Shown one piece after another: positions 48,463 through 59,766 of a stretch of DNA of 64,000 nt. Position 1 is the first letter of the stretch. Each line of letters starts with the position of its first letter. Location of the stretch: NCBI GenBank assembly GCA_043228905.1, contig JBHGNT010000020.1, positions 8,804,001-8,868,000 on the forward strand, given 5' to 3'. Made by a program: the position numbers and the translations under genes. This DNA comes from Azolla caroliniana (taxonomy: Eukaryota > Plantae > Polypodiophyta). The notes below the pieces were generated by a model, which was not told the origin of the DNA, did not search any database, and worked only from the letters and a program-made list of their open reading frames with translations.

Positions 48463-51400
48463 TCAATTAGATTCCTTCATGTCTTCATTTTCATCCAGCC
48501 TATTATGTTCATCGTCGAGGTAATCGAGATCAGGATCCTTGTCTTGTCTTTTCTTGAAAAGCTTTACTCTTTTCCCCGCAATGGGTACGGCCAACCTTGA
48601 TCCGTCTAGTTCCGCAAGGTGGTATGTGGCATTATCGTTGGCACTTGTCACCACATATGGCCCAAACCATCTTCTTGCGAACTTCCTTGTTGTACTATGT
48701 TGATTGTCAAGGGTGCTATCGTAAACTAAAACCCAATCCCCTTCTTCAATCTTCTTGGGACGAAGTCGATGCGTGTTGTCGAACCGAACTTTGTTCTTTA
48801 CTCGGGCTGCCTTCATCATCTTTCGCGCTTTTTCTAAATCTTCAGGTCTTCTTTCAAGTTGCCTTATCCGCGCCGCTAATAACTCTTCTCGGCTCATCTC
48901 GTTCCCCCACGGTATCGCTACCCATGAGGCGATCGTCCTTTCGATGGGCATAATCGGCTTTTGTCCATACATAAGCTCCGTCGGCATATACCCTATCACC
49001 GAGCTATGTGTCGTTCTATCGGCCCACAAGGCATAGGGTAATAGTCGTGGCCAATTCCCAACTCGACCGTTGCATGCCCGTACGATGGCTTTAACGATAG
49101 GTCCATGCCCTCGCTCGATCTTCCCATTTGCTTCCAGATTGTAGGCAGTCGTGAGGGAGAGCTTCACGCCTAGTCTTTCGAAGAGCTCCGTCGCTTCGTG
49201 CGCGTCCAACTCCCCTCGGTCGGCCACTATCTTCCCTACACATCCATATCGGCAAACAACATCTTCAAGTAGAAATTTGCAAACGGCTGAAGTCGTCTTA
49301 TTTGTCAAGGCTCGTCCTTCCACTTGATTTGTCAAGTCTTCCCTTGCCAACGCTAAGTACTTCATTTGTCCCACTCCCATTGGCATCGAGACCAGATCCA
49401 CCATCCATTTGAAGTGTATGGTGAGTGGGTATGTCGGCTTTAACTCATCACGATGACGTATATTTGAATATACTTGGCAAGTTTCGCATGTGGACACGAA
49501 ATGGAGTACATCTTTGTACATGCTTGGCCACCAGTACTTCTCCTTCAACTTTTCGAACGTCGCCCATGTTCCTCTATGACCTGCCCAAGCACTCTCGTGG
49601 AATTCGGTCATTAGCGTCTCTTGCTCTTCTTTCTTTACCACCACTCGACGTGGTATTCCTGTCCTTCTTTTTGGATGTCGCCAAAGGAATCCTCCCTTCA
49701 AGAAGTATCGGTAAGCTTTCTTTCGGATTCGTAGGGCCTCCTCCTTTGTCAACGAAGCATCGGTCGTCAATGTTCTTAGGAATCTACCGATGAGTAACCA
49801 CTCTCCTTCGTATTCGTTCTCGTATCTACGGTCACGTAAATTGGTTTCCCTTCGGCATAGTCGGCCTTCCTTAGTGCCGGAGCTTCAAGAAGCAGTTTCT
49901 TTAATCTTTGCATCGCCTCTGTGTGCTCGTCTCGCCATTCAAACTTTATTCTTTTCTTTAGTAGTCCATATAACGGTCCGGCGACATGAGCGTAGTGAGG
50001 AATCCATATATGGTAAAACGCGCATGCTCCAAGGAACCTTCGAACCTCCGTTTGGTTTTCGCATTCTTCTTTCATGTCTTGGATTGCGTTCACTTTGGAT
50101 GGCGAGGGCTTCCGGCCGTATGCTCCACACAAGTGACCTACCACCAAGATCTCCGGTTGCCCGAATGCGGATTTTTCTCCCGAAAATGTCAAATTCGCAT
50201 CTTCGAGCCTTTGAAGCACCTTCTCGCAATCTTTCATATGATCCGCAACGAACTTTCTACAACCTTCCTTATCTTTCGATTCATCTTTCTCCTCATCCGA
50301 ACATCCTTTTATTGGAATATCATCCAAGAATGGCATCGTGATGTCCGGAATGCAATCCTTCAAGACTTTATTCATGGCATTCACCATATGAGCCACCGAG
50401 TTCGTTGCGCCTTGGGGTAAGGTACACATCCGCACAAGCCCGATCAGAGTCCTCATGGTTGTAATGTCCCGACTGTCGATCGCCAATTGGAATTGGTCAT
50501 ATCCGGAGTAGAGATCGCCAATGGAGTAGATGGACCGGCCCGCAAACGCTTCGGCAAATTCGTCCACGCTCGGACCGATTCCGGCATTTCGAATTGTCAC
50601 CTTGTTGACGGGTTGAAGATCTTGGATGAATCGCAATGATCCATTCTTCTTCGGCACCGTGAACCACCTATTGGAATAAGGAGCATTCGACGGTTCTAGA
50701 ATTCCCATACTCACCTTCTCCTTTAAGAGCTCGATCAGCTTCGGAAGGTGTGCTCTCGGAACCGGTATCGGTTTCAAGTTCCAAGGCACATGAGGCACCG
50801 TGAAGATCACCATTGGCTCTATAACCTTTGGGTCGACGCATCCGATTTCTCGTGGGAAGAATGCGAAAGCCTTCCCATGTCTCTCAAGCATATCGCGAAA
50901 CATTCGCTCCTCTTCAGGGAGAAGGAAATCCTCCTTTCCAACTCGTAGCTTCCCCTTCGTCTCTTTGGTGAAGTCATGACCTATCTTCTTTGGATCTCTT
51001 AAGCTTGGATCGTTAGCGACTTCCTTCATCTTTTGCCAACTATCTTCCGGTAGCGGAACCGCAACTGGCTTGATCTTCTTATCCACTGTTTTATATTTCG
51101 TGTTGATGTCAGCTTCATTCATCGAGATGCCACGACGGTATTCATCGATGATAGCGTACATGTTGACGGAGTTAACCGAAATCACACGTTGGTTGTGAAG
51201 ATAGCTCAAGTCCACGACGTCCTCGATTTCGCCGATGGTGTCGTTAAATGAGGCTTCTTCCATAATATGAGTCACGAACTCTCCTTCTTCTATTATGTTC
51301 TCTTCTTTCAGCATCTTCTCGAATTCTTGTATCCGGCTCTTGTGCTTCTTGTCGGGTAGTACTAGTTTACATGCGCCACTAGGTGTGACACATGTTGCTT

Positions 51401-51494
51401 CTCCTTGCAATCCACGTGCTCTTCTTTCTTGTGGGGTCTTGTGATTGCTCGGACTATTTGTGCCCCATGCTTCAATAGTCCGCTCTAAAAATCC
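48463..51494 (-). pseudogene. Gypsy-A pol (RT, RNase H mostly deleted at ~49820, integrase)
   Basis: DLYSGYDQF, LPQGATNS, PFLDDIPIKG. INT motifs HESAWAGHRG/CETC/VDLV/ADRGE/NGKIE/WFGPY. No chromodomain. Confidence 0.92.
51432..51494 (-). promoter_or_regulatory. Predicted -1 programmed ribosomal frameshift signal
   Basis: G_GAT_TTT immediately before the ORF1 TAG, a 5-nt spacer, stem CGGACTATT/AATAGTCCG, and loop TGGGG complementary to downstream CCCCA. The -1 frame is open into RT. Confidence 0.8.
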
Positions 51495-53689
51495 GAGGAT
51501 TCGCCTCCGAGACTATCTCGATTCCTTTCATGATTGGCTCGCACTGTTAGGAATTGGACCGATCTTTGGTTGTCAAGACTCTTTATTCGTGCGAAGGCTG
51601 CTCCATTATCGAACACTTTGGTCTCCATCCGAGATGATGTGATATAAGGTTGCCCTAGGATGACAAGATGCGATGTCGATTCTTGTACGAAGAAGTGTTG
51701 ATCCATCTCCACATCCCCGATCGTGACTTTGACATTGGGACAAGCTCCGTACAAGTCCTCCGTAGACTTTGTTGCCGCGCGAATCTTCCATCTGTGGTTT
51801 GTATTAATTGGCCATCTTCCCTTTTTGTAGAAGTCGGTTGACATGAGGTTGATCTCCGAGCCGTGGTCGATCAAGGCTACGACGGTCTCTTTCTTCTCCC
51901 CGATCTTCACCGGCGTCTCCGTTGTCGCTCGTGCCCAATGAGGTCGAGTGTAGTGGCTGTCCACCATATCTTCATCGATTTCGTCTCTTGCCATCGTTAT
52001 GGCATTCGTTTTTGCTTTCTGCGGCTTCTCTTCTTCCTCGTCCGATTGTTGTCTCTTTCTCTTTACAAGGTCCACGATCGTGTCATGGAACTCCTTCTTC
52101 GTAATGCCAAGCAATTCCCTCAAGGACAAAGTTACATGGCTATCAAGAACTCGTTCTTCGAGAATCTTCTTTAGGTCCGTCGTCTGCTCTATGTCCGACC
52201 TTAGCTTATAGGTAGGTATGGTCCTTGTCCTCCGAGCGGGGTCTTCGACACCAACCTTCACGGGCCGAACCGTTTCTTCAACTCGTATGCTTGGCTCCCC
52301 TTTTCGGCTTGATTCTCGTTCCTCCGTTTGTAAAGGTCGACTCGTCTCCACATCGTCCTTCTTTTTCGCGTTCCTTGTTTCATGTCTTTTTGATGGCCCT
52401 TGCTCTTCTATTCTCTTTCTCTTTTCTTCAACGAACACCTCGTGGTTGTCGCACATCACCTCTGCGAGTATGGTGTTGTCGTCCATCGGATCCGACCACC
52501 CGGTTATGCATTGCACGTTTCGGTCCGCAAGCTCTACCTCGTTCGATGTGACTTTTCCCTTCTTCTCATATTCGAGAATGGAAGTCCAAAACTTTGCTCC
52601 CGCTCTAGCAGCTTCAGTCTTGTCTTTCCCGACTCTTATTCCGGCCGACGCAGCATAGTGCATCGCATCCACATGAGTCGCATCGGCATCCTCCATAGAT
52701 TTCTTCATTCCTCCTCTTCCGAAATTCACCCGTAGGGGTCTTCTAGTCTCGCTTGAGCAGATCATGTTGTCCTCTATGTATACGATATTTTGTCGAATCG
52801 CCTCTCGAAGGCTCGCACAATCCCTTCTCATGTGGTCCATGCTATCGCACCACACGCATCTAAAGGGTTCTTTTCCTTTAGGGCCCCGACGATTCATGTT
52901 GGCTAGCGTGACCTTCTCGAACTTCTTCGCTAGCTCTTCAATGATGTCATCATCAATCTTCTTTTCTTCCACGTTACTTTGTCTCGGCGGCTCAGCTACT
53001 TTCGGCGGTCTTGCTTTCTCCGTGGTAGTCGGTCCCGTCAAGTCGGTGTCATCAACCCATTGGCGACGCTTGTCGAGCCTATTGCATGCCCGCTTCACCG
53101 CGATCCAGTCCGCTACGAGCCCATTTGCTTGGGTATCATCTTCGAGAAGAGTCCCCAACTCCCGTCTATCCTTTATGTCCACGGCCTTCAAGAAGTACAA
53201 AGTCTTGTCCTCTTCAAGCAATACTTGGTCCGTATTGGGGAGACGACTAAACATCTGGTCGAATTTGTCGTACACCCTCGAGACGCTCATCTTCTTATTC
53301 TTCTTCTCTATCCACTTCATCAGGGCATGTCAAGTCATCCTCGTTGAGTCTTCAGTCACGAACTCCGCTAGTATCGTCTTCTCGAATTCGGACCATGTTG
53401 TCTTTCCTTCTTGAAGCTCGATGACGCGTCTTTGGATGTTGTTGGCGACAACTCTCTTGAAGCTTGCGATTTGACGTGCCTCGGACACGTCCCTTTGATT
53501 CATCTCCCTCTTATATGCATCAAGGAACTTCGTAACGTTCCTTCCATCGAATTGGCCCTCGAGCTCTACGACACGATCGACAGCCTTCTCCACGCTCGCG
53601 TCGTTGTCCCGAGATCTCATCATTTGCTCGACGATTAGCATCATCCTTTCGAGCTCTCCTGCTTGGTTGCTTGAGGACACCATCTCCAA
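51485..53689 (-). pseudogene. Gypsy-A ORF1: gag + aspartic protease, one in-frame TGA (53330-53332)
   Basis: CVWCDSMDHMRRDC knuckle, ALIDHGSEINLM protease, ILGQPY; ends ...SSDF*. Confidence 0.9.
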
Positions 53690-53750
53690 GTATTAATCTC
53701 GACTTGATCCTTCCTACCGCCTCTTTCACGTCGGGTTCACCACTTTATTA

Positions 53751-54782
53751 TGTCGTGAAGATCCGTCACTACGCGCGGATCGTGAGGCGGAACCGCCGGG
53801 GTTCTGGACCAGAAGGATTTAGAGTCGATACAAGCTTTGGCGAGAAAGCACTTAAGATAGATTGGGAAAGAGAGAAGATGAGATTACACAATTGATTTGA
53901 TAACGAATTTCTTGTTCTTAATTTTCATAAAAAAAACCGTGTTTTTCTCCTCCCCCTTCCCTCTTTTATAGATGCTCTCATGCATATGATGCATGTGAGG
54001 GTACAAGACATGCATAAATTGCATGTTTGCCATTTGGCGCTTAAGTATTACATGTGGTGCATGCTAACCATGTCACTCATTTTAGTTCTCATGGATGAGA
54101 ATTTACATGTAAAAGTACAATGATAGAAATATAATTTCAACTAAATATCATGGCTTAATTGTAAGCCATTTGACTCCTAACTTGGAGGTGCAAGGTTCGA
54201 ATCTATACTTCCCCTCTTTGTATATGTAAATATGTATATATTTTTATATATTTTTATATATGCCGACGCCGACGCCGGATGCCGTCATCGGATGCCGACG
54301 CCGGATACCGACGCCGGATACCGGTGCCGACGTCGGATACCGGTGCCGCATGCTGCCGCCATATTGCCGTCGGATGCCGTCGGATCATCGGCTCCATCGC
54401 CGGTCCAGTTTTGGTTGGACAAAACCCTTTTCGAGTAGCTAGCCACCTCCACTCTAAGATCAAGTTACCTTGAACTCTCTATGCTCCACATATAGACACA
54501 AAGATAATATCTTTTGCTCCACCTTATATATGATGAGAGCCGTATTTGTCGTGCCTATGTGGGATATCTCACAATTTTCTCTTTTCTTTTCACAAACTTT
54601 ATACCCTCATATCTTGACATTTAGTTGTCTATTTCTCGTGTAATAAAGTGCATTCGAAACCTCCATCATTTTGTACTTAGATATTAAAAATGTTATATTC
54701 ACAATTACTGTATTACGTGATTCATACTCGATTTTGTACGTTTTATGGGATTTTCACACCATTGCCGAAAATCTTCACGACA
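53751..54782 (-). repeat. Gypsy-A 5' LTR
   Basis: 12-bp terminal inverted repeat; followed by ACGT. Confidence 0.95.
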
Positions 54783-57133
54783 ACGTGTGCATTTTATGTG
54801 TTTAAGGTCAAGTTAGTCTAGGATTATTGTATTGTTTATACCTCTCCCCCATATGTACATGTCCCCATTTAACTGGTATTCCTTTGTATATGAAGAATGT
54901 GTAAAATTTTGCCTAGAACCTAGGCTAACATATGATGACCTCATACCTAACATATGGGAACTAGTGAAGAATGGTATTAATCCCTTCATGAAGCTAGGAA
55001 AGCTAATGATAATCTTAATTAAGATGTAATTAATAAAACACATGATCCTAGCCTCTTTCATAGAAAATGTGGCCGATCTAGCATAAGACTCCAATCTAAC
55101 ATTGGTAATGAACACATAAACATGAGCCTTTCTTGAATGATCAATGATGTGATAATCTAACAACCTAATCAAACGTTTTCATTCGATCAAAGATTCTCAC
55201 CAAGGTGATGATAAAATGAGGTAGTTTGCATATTTATATCTTGAGTCAAAGACCCCTTGATCACCACTTACATGCTTACGTGTGGCAAACCATGCTAGGT
55301 TGTCTGAGACTATAGGGTAGTTATCCTTCTTGATTTATATATTTATTTATGATAGACTATTCCCATTTGGACCTAAAGCTATGTCCGTAACAAATAATTA
55401 TTGAATTCATGCCATGAACTTTGAACCCAAGCTTGAACTTGCCCACAACTAAAAATTGTTTGGTTACCATGTCTTAGATATTAAACAATGAATGTCATGG
55501 TTTTCCAACAAAAGTTTACGAAATAGCAAAATTAATTACATTAAGTCAATGTTCTCCTTATAATATTCCTGGTGCATGTGGGACACAATGACCTCATTAT
55601 TGACCCCATGTTCTTATATTGAAGGTTCCACTAAATAAGCTTTCTTCTTTGAGAATAAAAAATACTTTTTTCTTTGTGCAAGTACAATCCTAGACACGTC
55701 AATGTTAAAGGTTTTTAATTTCTATAAACATTTGAAGTGCTTTAAGAATTACATGAAAAGAAGGATATCATCATTTGGAGTAGGTAATGTACTATCAATA
55801 TGTTAAAATGCGTGTGTTTGTATATTAAAAATCTTATAGAAACATTTATGTTAAAATGTGTGTGTATACTTTGGAAATATTCTATAAACATTTGAAGTAC
55901 TTGAACAATAGAAGAAACATATATTATCATCAACAATCATGCATGATGTACCATAGATATGTTCTAGGAAAACACTCGAAAAGTAGGGAATCAACTTTAT
56001 TGGACCCATTAATCCACTTTCCAATCACAAGTTACAAGTTACGACCATAGATTGACATTTACGTGAAATTCGTGGTATATGCCATGCGTGATATTCGCGA
56101 ATACAAAATGTCCCCAAGAATATTATAAAACCATTAGTTTTTCAAAATAAATTTACATAATAAAAAATATTTAATTCACTAAAAAATTAATTAATATACT
56201 AATAATTAATTAATTAATTATGCTCACTAATAATTAATTAATTCACTATTAGAATGGTATTCCTTATAAACCAGTATGCTATTCCGTGAAGTATCCTCAA
56301 CAAATTAGGAGGAATTAATTCACTAACAATTAAATAATTAGGGTTTCTACAAAACCCTGAGTTTGTAGGCTGAGAAGAGGAAATATGGTTGCAATTAGGG
56401 TTTTGACTAAAATTTCGGGTTTTCAATTGAAACCCTAATTTTCAGACCGAGAACAAGATACAAGGGAGGTGAGGATGTAGGAGTCATGTAGGATGGAGGG
56501 GGAGGCGTGGATGAGGCATCACGCACACGATGCAGGGGGAGGCGAGGATGTAGTGTAAAAAAAATGCTTTTGTTTTAAAAAAAAAAACAAAAAAACAAAT
56601 ACTTTTAGAAGCATTCGTATGCGTATTTGTACTATGCATTTGTGGGTCCTTCCCCATGAATGCGAATATGTCAATCTATGATCACAAACAAATACCACTA
56701 CATCAAATGGGTGAACGCAAAAAATGTGCTTTATGTAAGGGCACCCTCTCTCTTCATTAACTTAGTAAAACAAACACTCTCTCACTAGAGCTATAGAAGC
56801 TCATGAGTCATGGGGAATGTGGAAACTCATTAGTTATGTGTAATAGAATATGATTCTATGACACATAATTAATGTGTAGAAAGTAGTGTTGACTTTTGAC
56901 CTTTGAATGTTCATACATTCTCAAGACACCATTACATACAGCGGTCCATTGAAATGGGTTTCAATGGACGACTACCGAGTAGGATGCTTATGATTCATTA
57001 AAACAAATGTTGTCTAAAGTAACGGTTGTTCAACCACCGGATTAGACCAAAGACTTTCATGTCTTTATCGATGCGTCGGATATAACAATTGGGAGTGCAT
57101 TAATGCAATTATTAGAAACCAATTTGTATTGAT

Positions 57134-59172
57134 TGACGGGAACTGGTTGTTCCTTATGCGCAACGCTCGGCCACAACCGAGCTTAGAATGATACACAGAA
57201 AACGGGAAATAAAACGCGACACAAAGAAGAGACGAGGTACACAGGAGGTTTACGTGGAAAACCCCAAACTAGGGGGAAAAAAACCACGGCAGCCCACAAG
57301 CTACAAACTATAACTATGATGGAATGTACAACCATGAGTTCACTGAGGCAACGACCTCGTGCTCACAGATCTTCGCCACAGGCAGCGGTTACAACAGAGG
57401 CAACGACCTCTTTCTCTCTCTCTCTCTCTCTCTCTGTACAGTTACACACACTCTCTATTCTTGCACCAACAAGAATGACAACAACAACAACAACAACAGT
57501 AATAAGAGTTACTAAAATTTTGCCCTAAGTCATATTTATACTAATATGACTTTTCGGCTATTTACAAATGTAGCCGCGATGGACTATCTAAAAACATATT
57601 TACTAATATGTCTCTTCATCCGGTTCTCCGTAACCGGGTACTCCTCATCCGGTCTTCCCCGGGTCTGCATCATCCGGCTCTCCGTAGCCGAGTACTCCTC
57701 ATTCGGTTCATACCGGGTCTACACCATCCGGCCCTTTGTAGCCGGGTACTCCTCATCCGGTCTTCACCGGGTCTGCATCATCCGGCTCTCCATAGCCGGG
57801 TACTCCTCATCCGTTCTCCCTTCCCATCCGGAGTTTGTTCATCCGCACTGTTCTTCTCCCTTCCCATCCGGAGGGACCTGTCTCCCAACAAACTCCCCCT
57901 TCACTCCGGCATGGGGTGTCTTACTAGTCCGATTCTCTTCCGGCATGCATCCAGCTTGTTGGGTATCAGCACTTTGGTCAGCATATCTGACCCGTTCTCG
58001 GCCGTGTGGATCTTCATCAACGCGAACTCCTGGTCATCTACTCTTTCCCGGGTCCAGTGATATCTTCGCTGGATATGCTTCGTCCGAGAATGGTAGGCCG
58101 CATTCTTAGCAAGGTGGATGGGACTTTGATTGTCGCAATAGAGTCGGTATTCCTCTTACTGGATACCGAGCTCTCGGATGAAGTCCTTCATCCATAATAT
58201 TTCCTTGCCGGCTTCCACTGCCGCCATGTACTCCGCCTCTGTGGTTGACAATGCAACCATCTTCTGCAGCCTCGACTACCACAAAACGGCTCCCCCTGCA
58301 TATGTCATTACATACTCGGAAGTAGACCGGCTGGTATCCACATCAGCCGACATGTCTGAATCGGTGAAACCGTCAAGTTGAGGTATTCCGGAGCCGAATC
58401 GGAGACACATATTTGAAGTGCCCTTCAAATATCGGAGTATCCATTTGACCGCGTTCTAGTGCTCCTTGCCGGGATTGCTCATAAACCGGCTCACCACTCC
58501 GACTGCGTATCCTATGTCCGGTCCGGTACAAACCATTGCGTACATCAAGCTCCCGACGGCAGAGGCATATGGAATCTTCATCATATCCGCCTTCTCTGCT
58601 TTCGTCTTCGGGCTTTGCTTACCGGATAGCTTGGAGTTTGCCTGAAGTGTCGATCCGACCGGTTTTGCTTTTGACATGTTGAATCGGTGAAGCACCTTTG
58701 TCACGTACTTCTCCTGTGACAGCCATAATTGCTTCTTTGACCGGTCCTGAATGATATGCATCCCAACATCTGTCTTGCCAGACCCAAGTCTTTCATTGAG
58801 AAGGTCCGGTTGAGAGCCTTCTTCAGCATCCGTATTTTGACTTGGTCACGTCCGACGATCAACATGTCATCCACGTACAGAAGGAGTAACAGGAAGTCGC
58901 CTCCTTCGAACTTCTTCACAAACACGCAGTGATCGGCCTGCGTCTTGTGGTACCCTTGAGCGGTCATGAAGGAGTCGAACTTCCGGTACCATTGACGGGG
59001 AGCCTGCTTCAGTCCGTACAGGCTCTTCTTCAACCGGCATACCAGGTGCTCCTTCCCTTTCTCCACGAATCCTTCTGGTTGCTGCATGTAGATCTCCTCT
59101 TCAAGGTCGCCGTGAAGGAATGCCGTCTTCACGTCCAACTGCTCTACCTCGAGGTCCATGCTTGCTGCTATA
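57134..59172 (-). mobile_element. Truncated Copia (3' LTR 57134-57890, RH/RT fragment)
   Basis: Paralog of 4535-6333. Fused at 59172 to an accessory-ORF fragment (59173-59771). Confidence 0.92.
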
Positions 59173-59766
59173 CAACAATCGGCAACAAGAATAATATTGA
59201 CATGACCACAAGAAGTGTGACAAGAAAACCAGGCAACAACTGACAACTGAGGAAGCAAGGGCTCAACAACAACCACCCACTAATCAAGAACGAATCCCTA
59301 CTACGCAATAAGAATGAAGTAGAACACAAGAGGAAAATACGACATCCTCACCACCCCATTCTAAAGAAAAGAGTTGGTTAGCTTCGCAACAAGCCGACAG
59401 AGAACAACAAAACTAGGAAACAAGCCGACCGACAAAAAAGAATTGTTTTGGAAAGAAGCAGTCGACCGGCCAAGAGCAACAAGGAGAAGGAACAACAACC
59501 AATGTCGAATCAATCGACTATGTTGAGAGGGGCACTATGGATAAAGGCAAAGCATTGGAAATATCCCCAAATGAAGTATTAGCTATACCCGACATACCAC
59601 CACCAAGTCATGAAATAACGACCATATTATGATTTGGCACATCTTACGAGCTTGTGGATTGGTTAACTAAACACTTGCAGTTCACTTCGTATCAATTGGC
59701 GCAGGAACACAAGGACCGGGAAATGATCCAATGCGCACTATTAGGCGAAACGGAGCCTAAGGACGA

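Larger units (their letters stand above)
47968..54782 (-). mobile_element. Ty3/Gypsy family A, near-complete copy (possibly Phygy-like lineage)
   Basis: 5' LTR 53751-54782, PBS 53725-53742, gag-PR, RT, INT, PPT GGTTTGGTGGGGGTGGA at 48391-48407, truncated 3' LTR 47968-48390. The lineage call is inference. Confidence 0.93.

Noticed and set aside
53330-53332. Shared TGA in both Gypsy-A gag copies as a recoding site
   Set aside because: The two copies are one insertion duplicated segmentally. CGA>TGA deamination explains it.
56944-56990. Helitron 3' end
   Set aside because: No CTRR-T terminus at the expected distance on either strand, and no RepHel ORF in the window.
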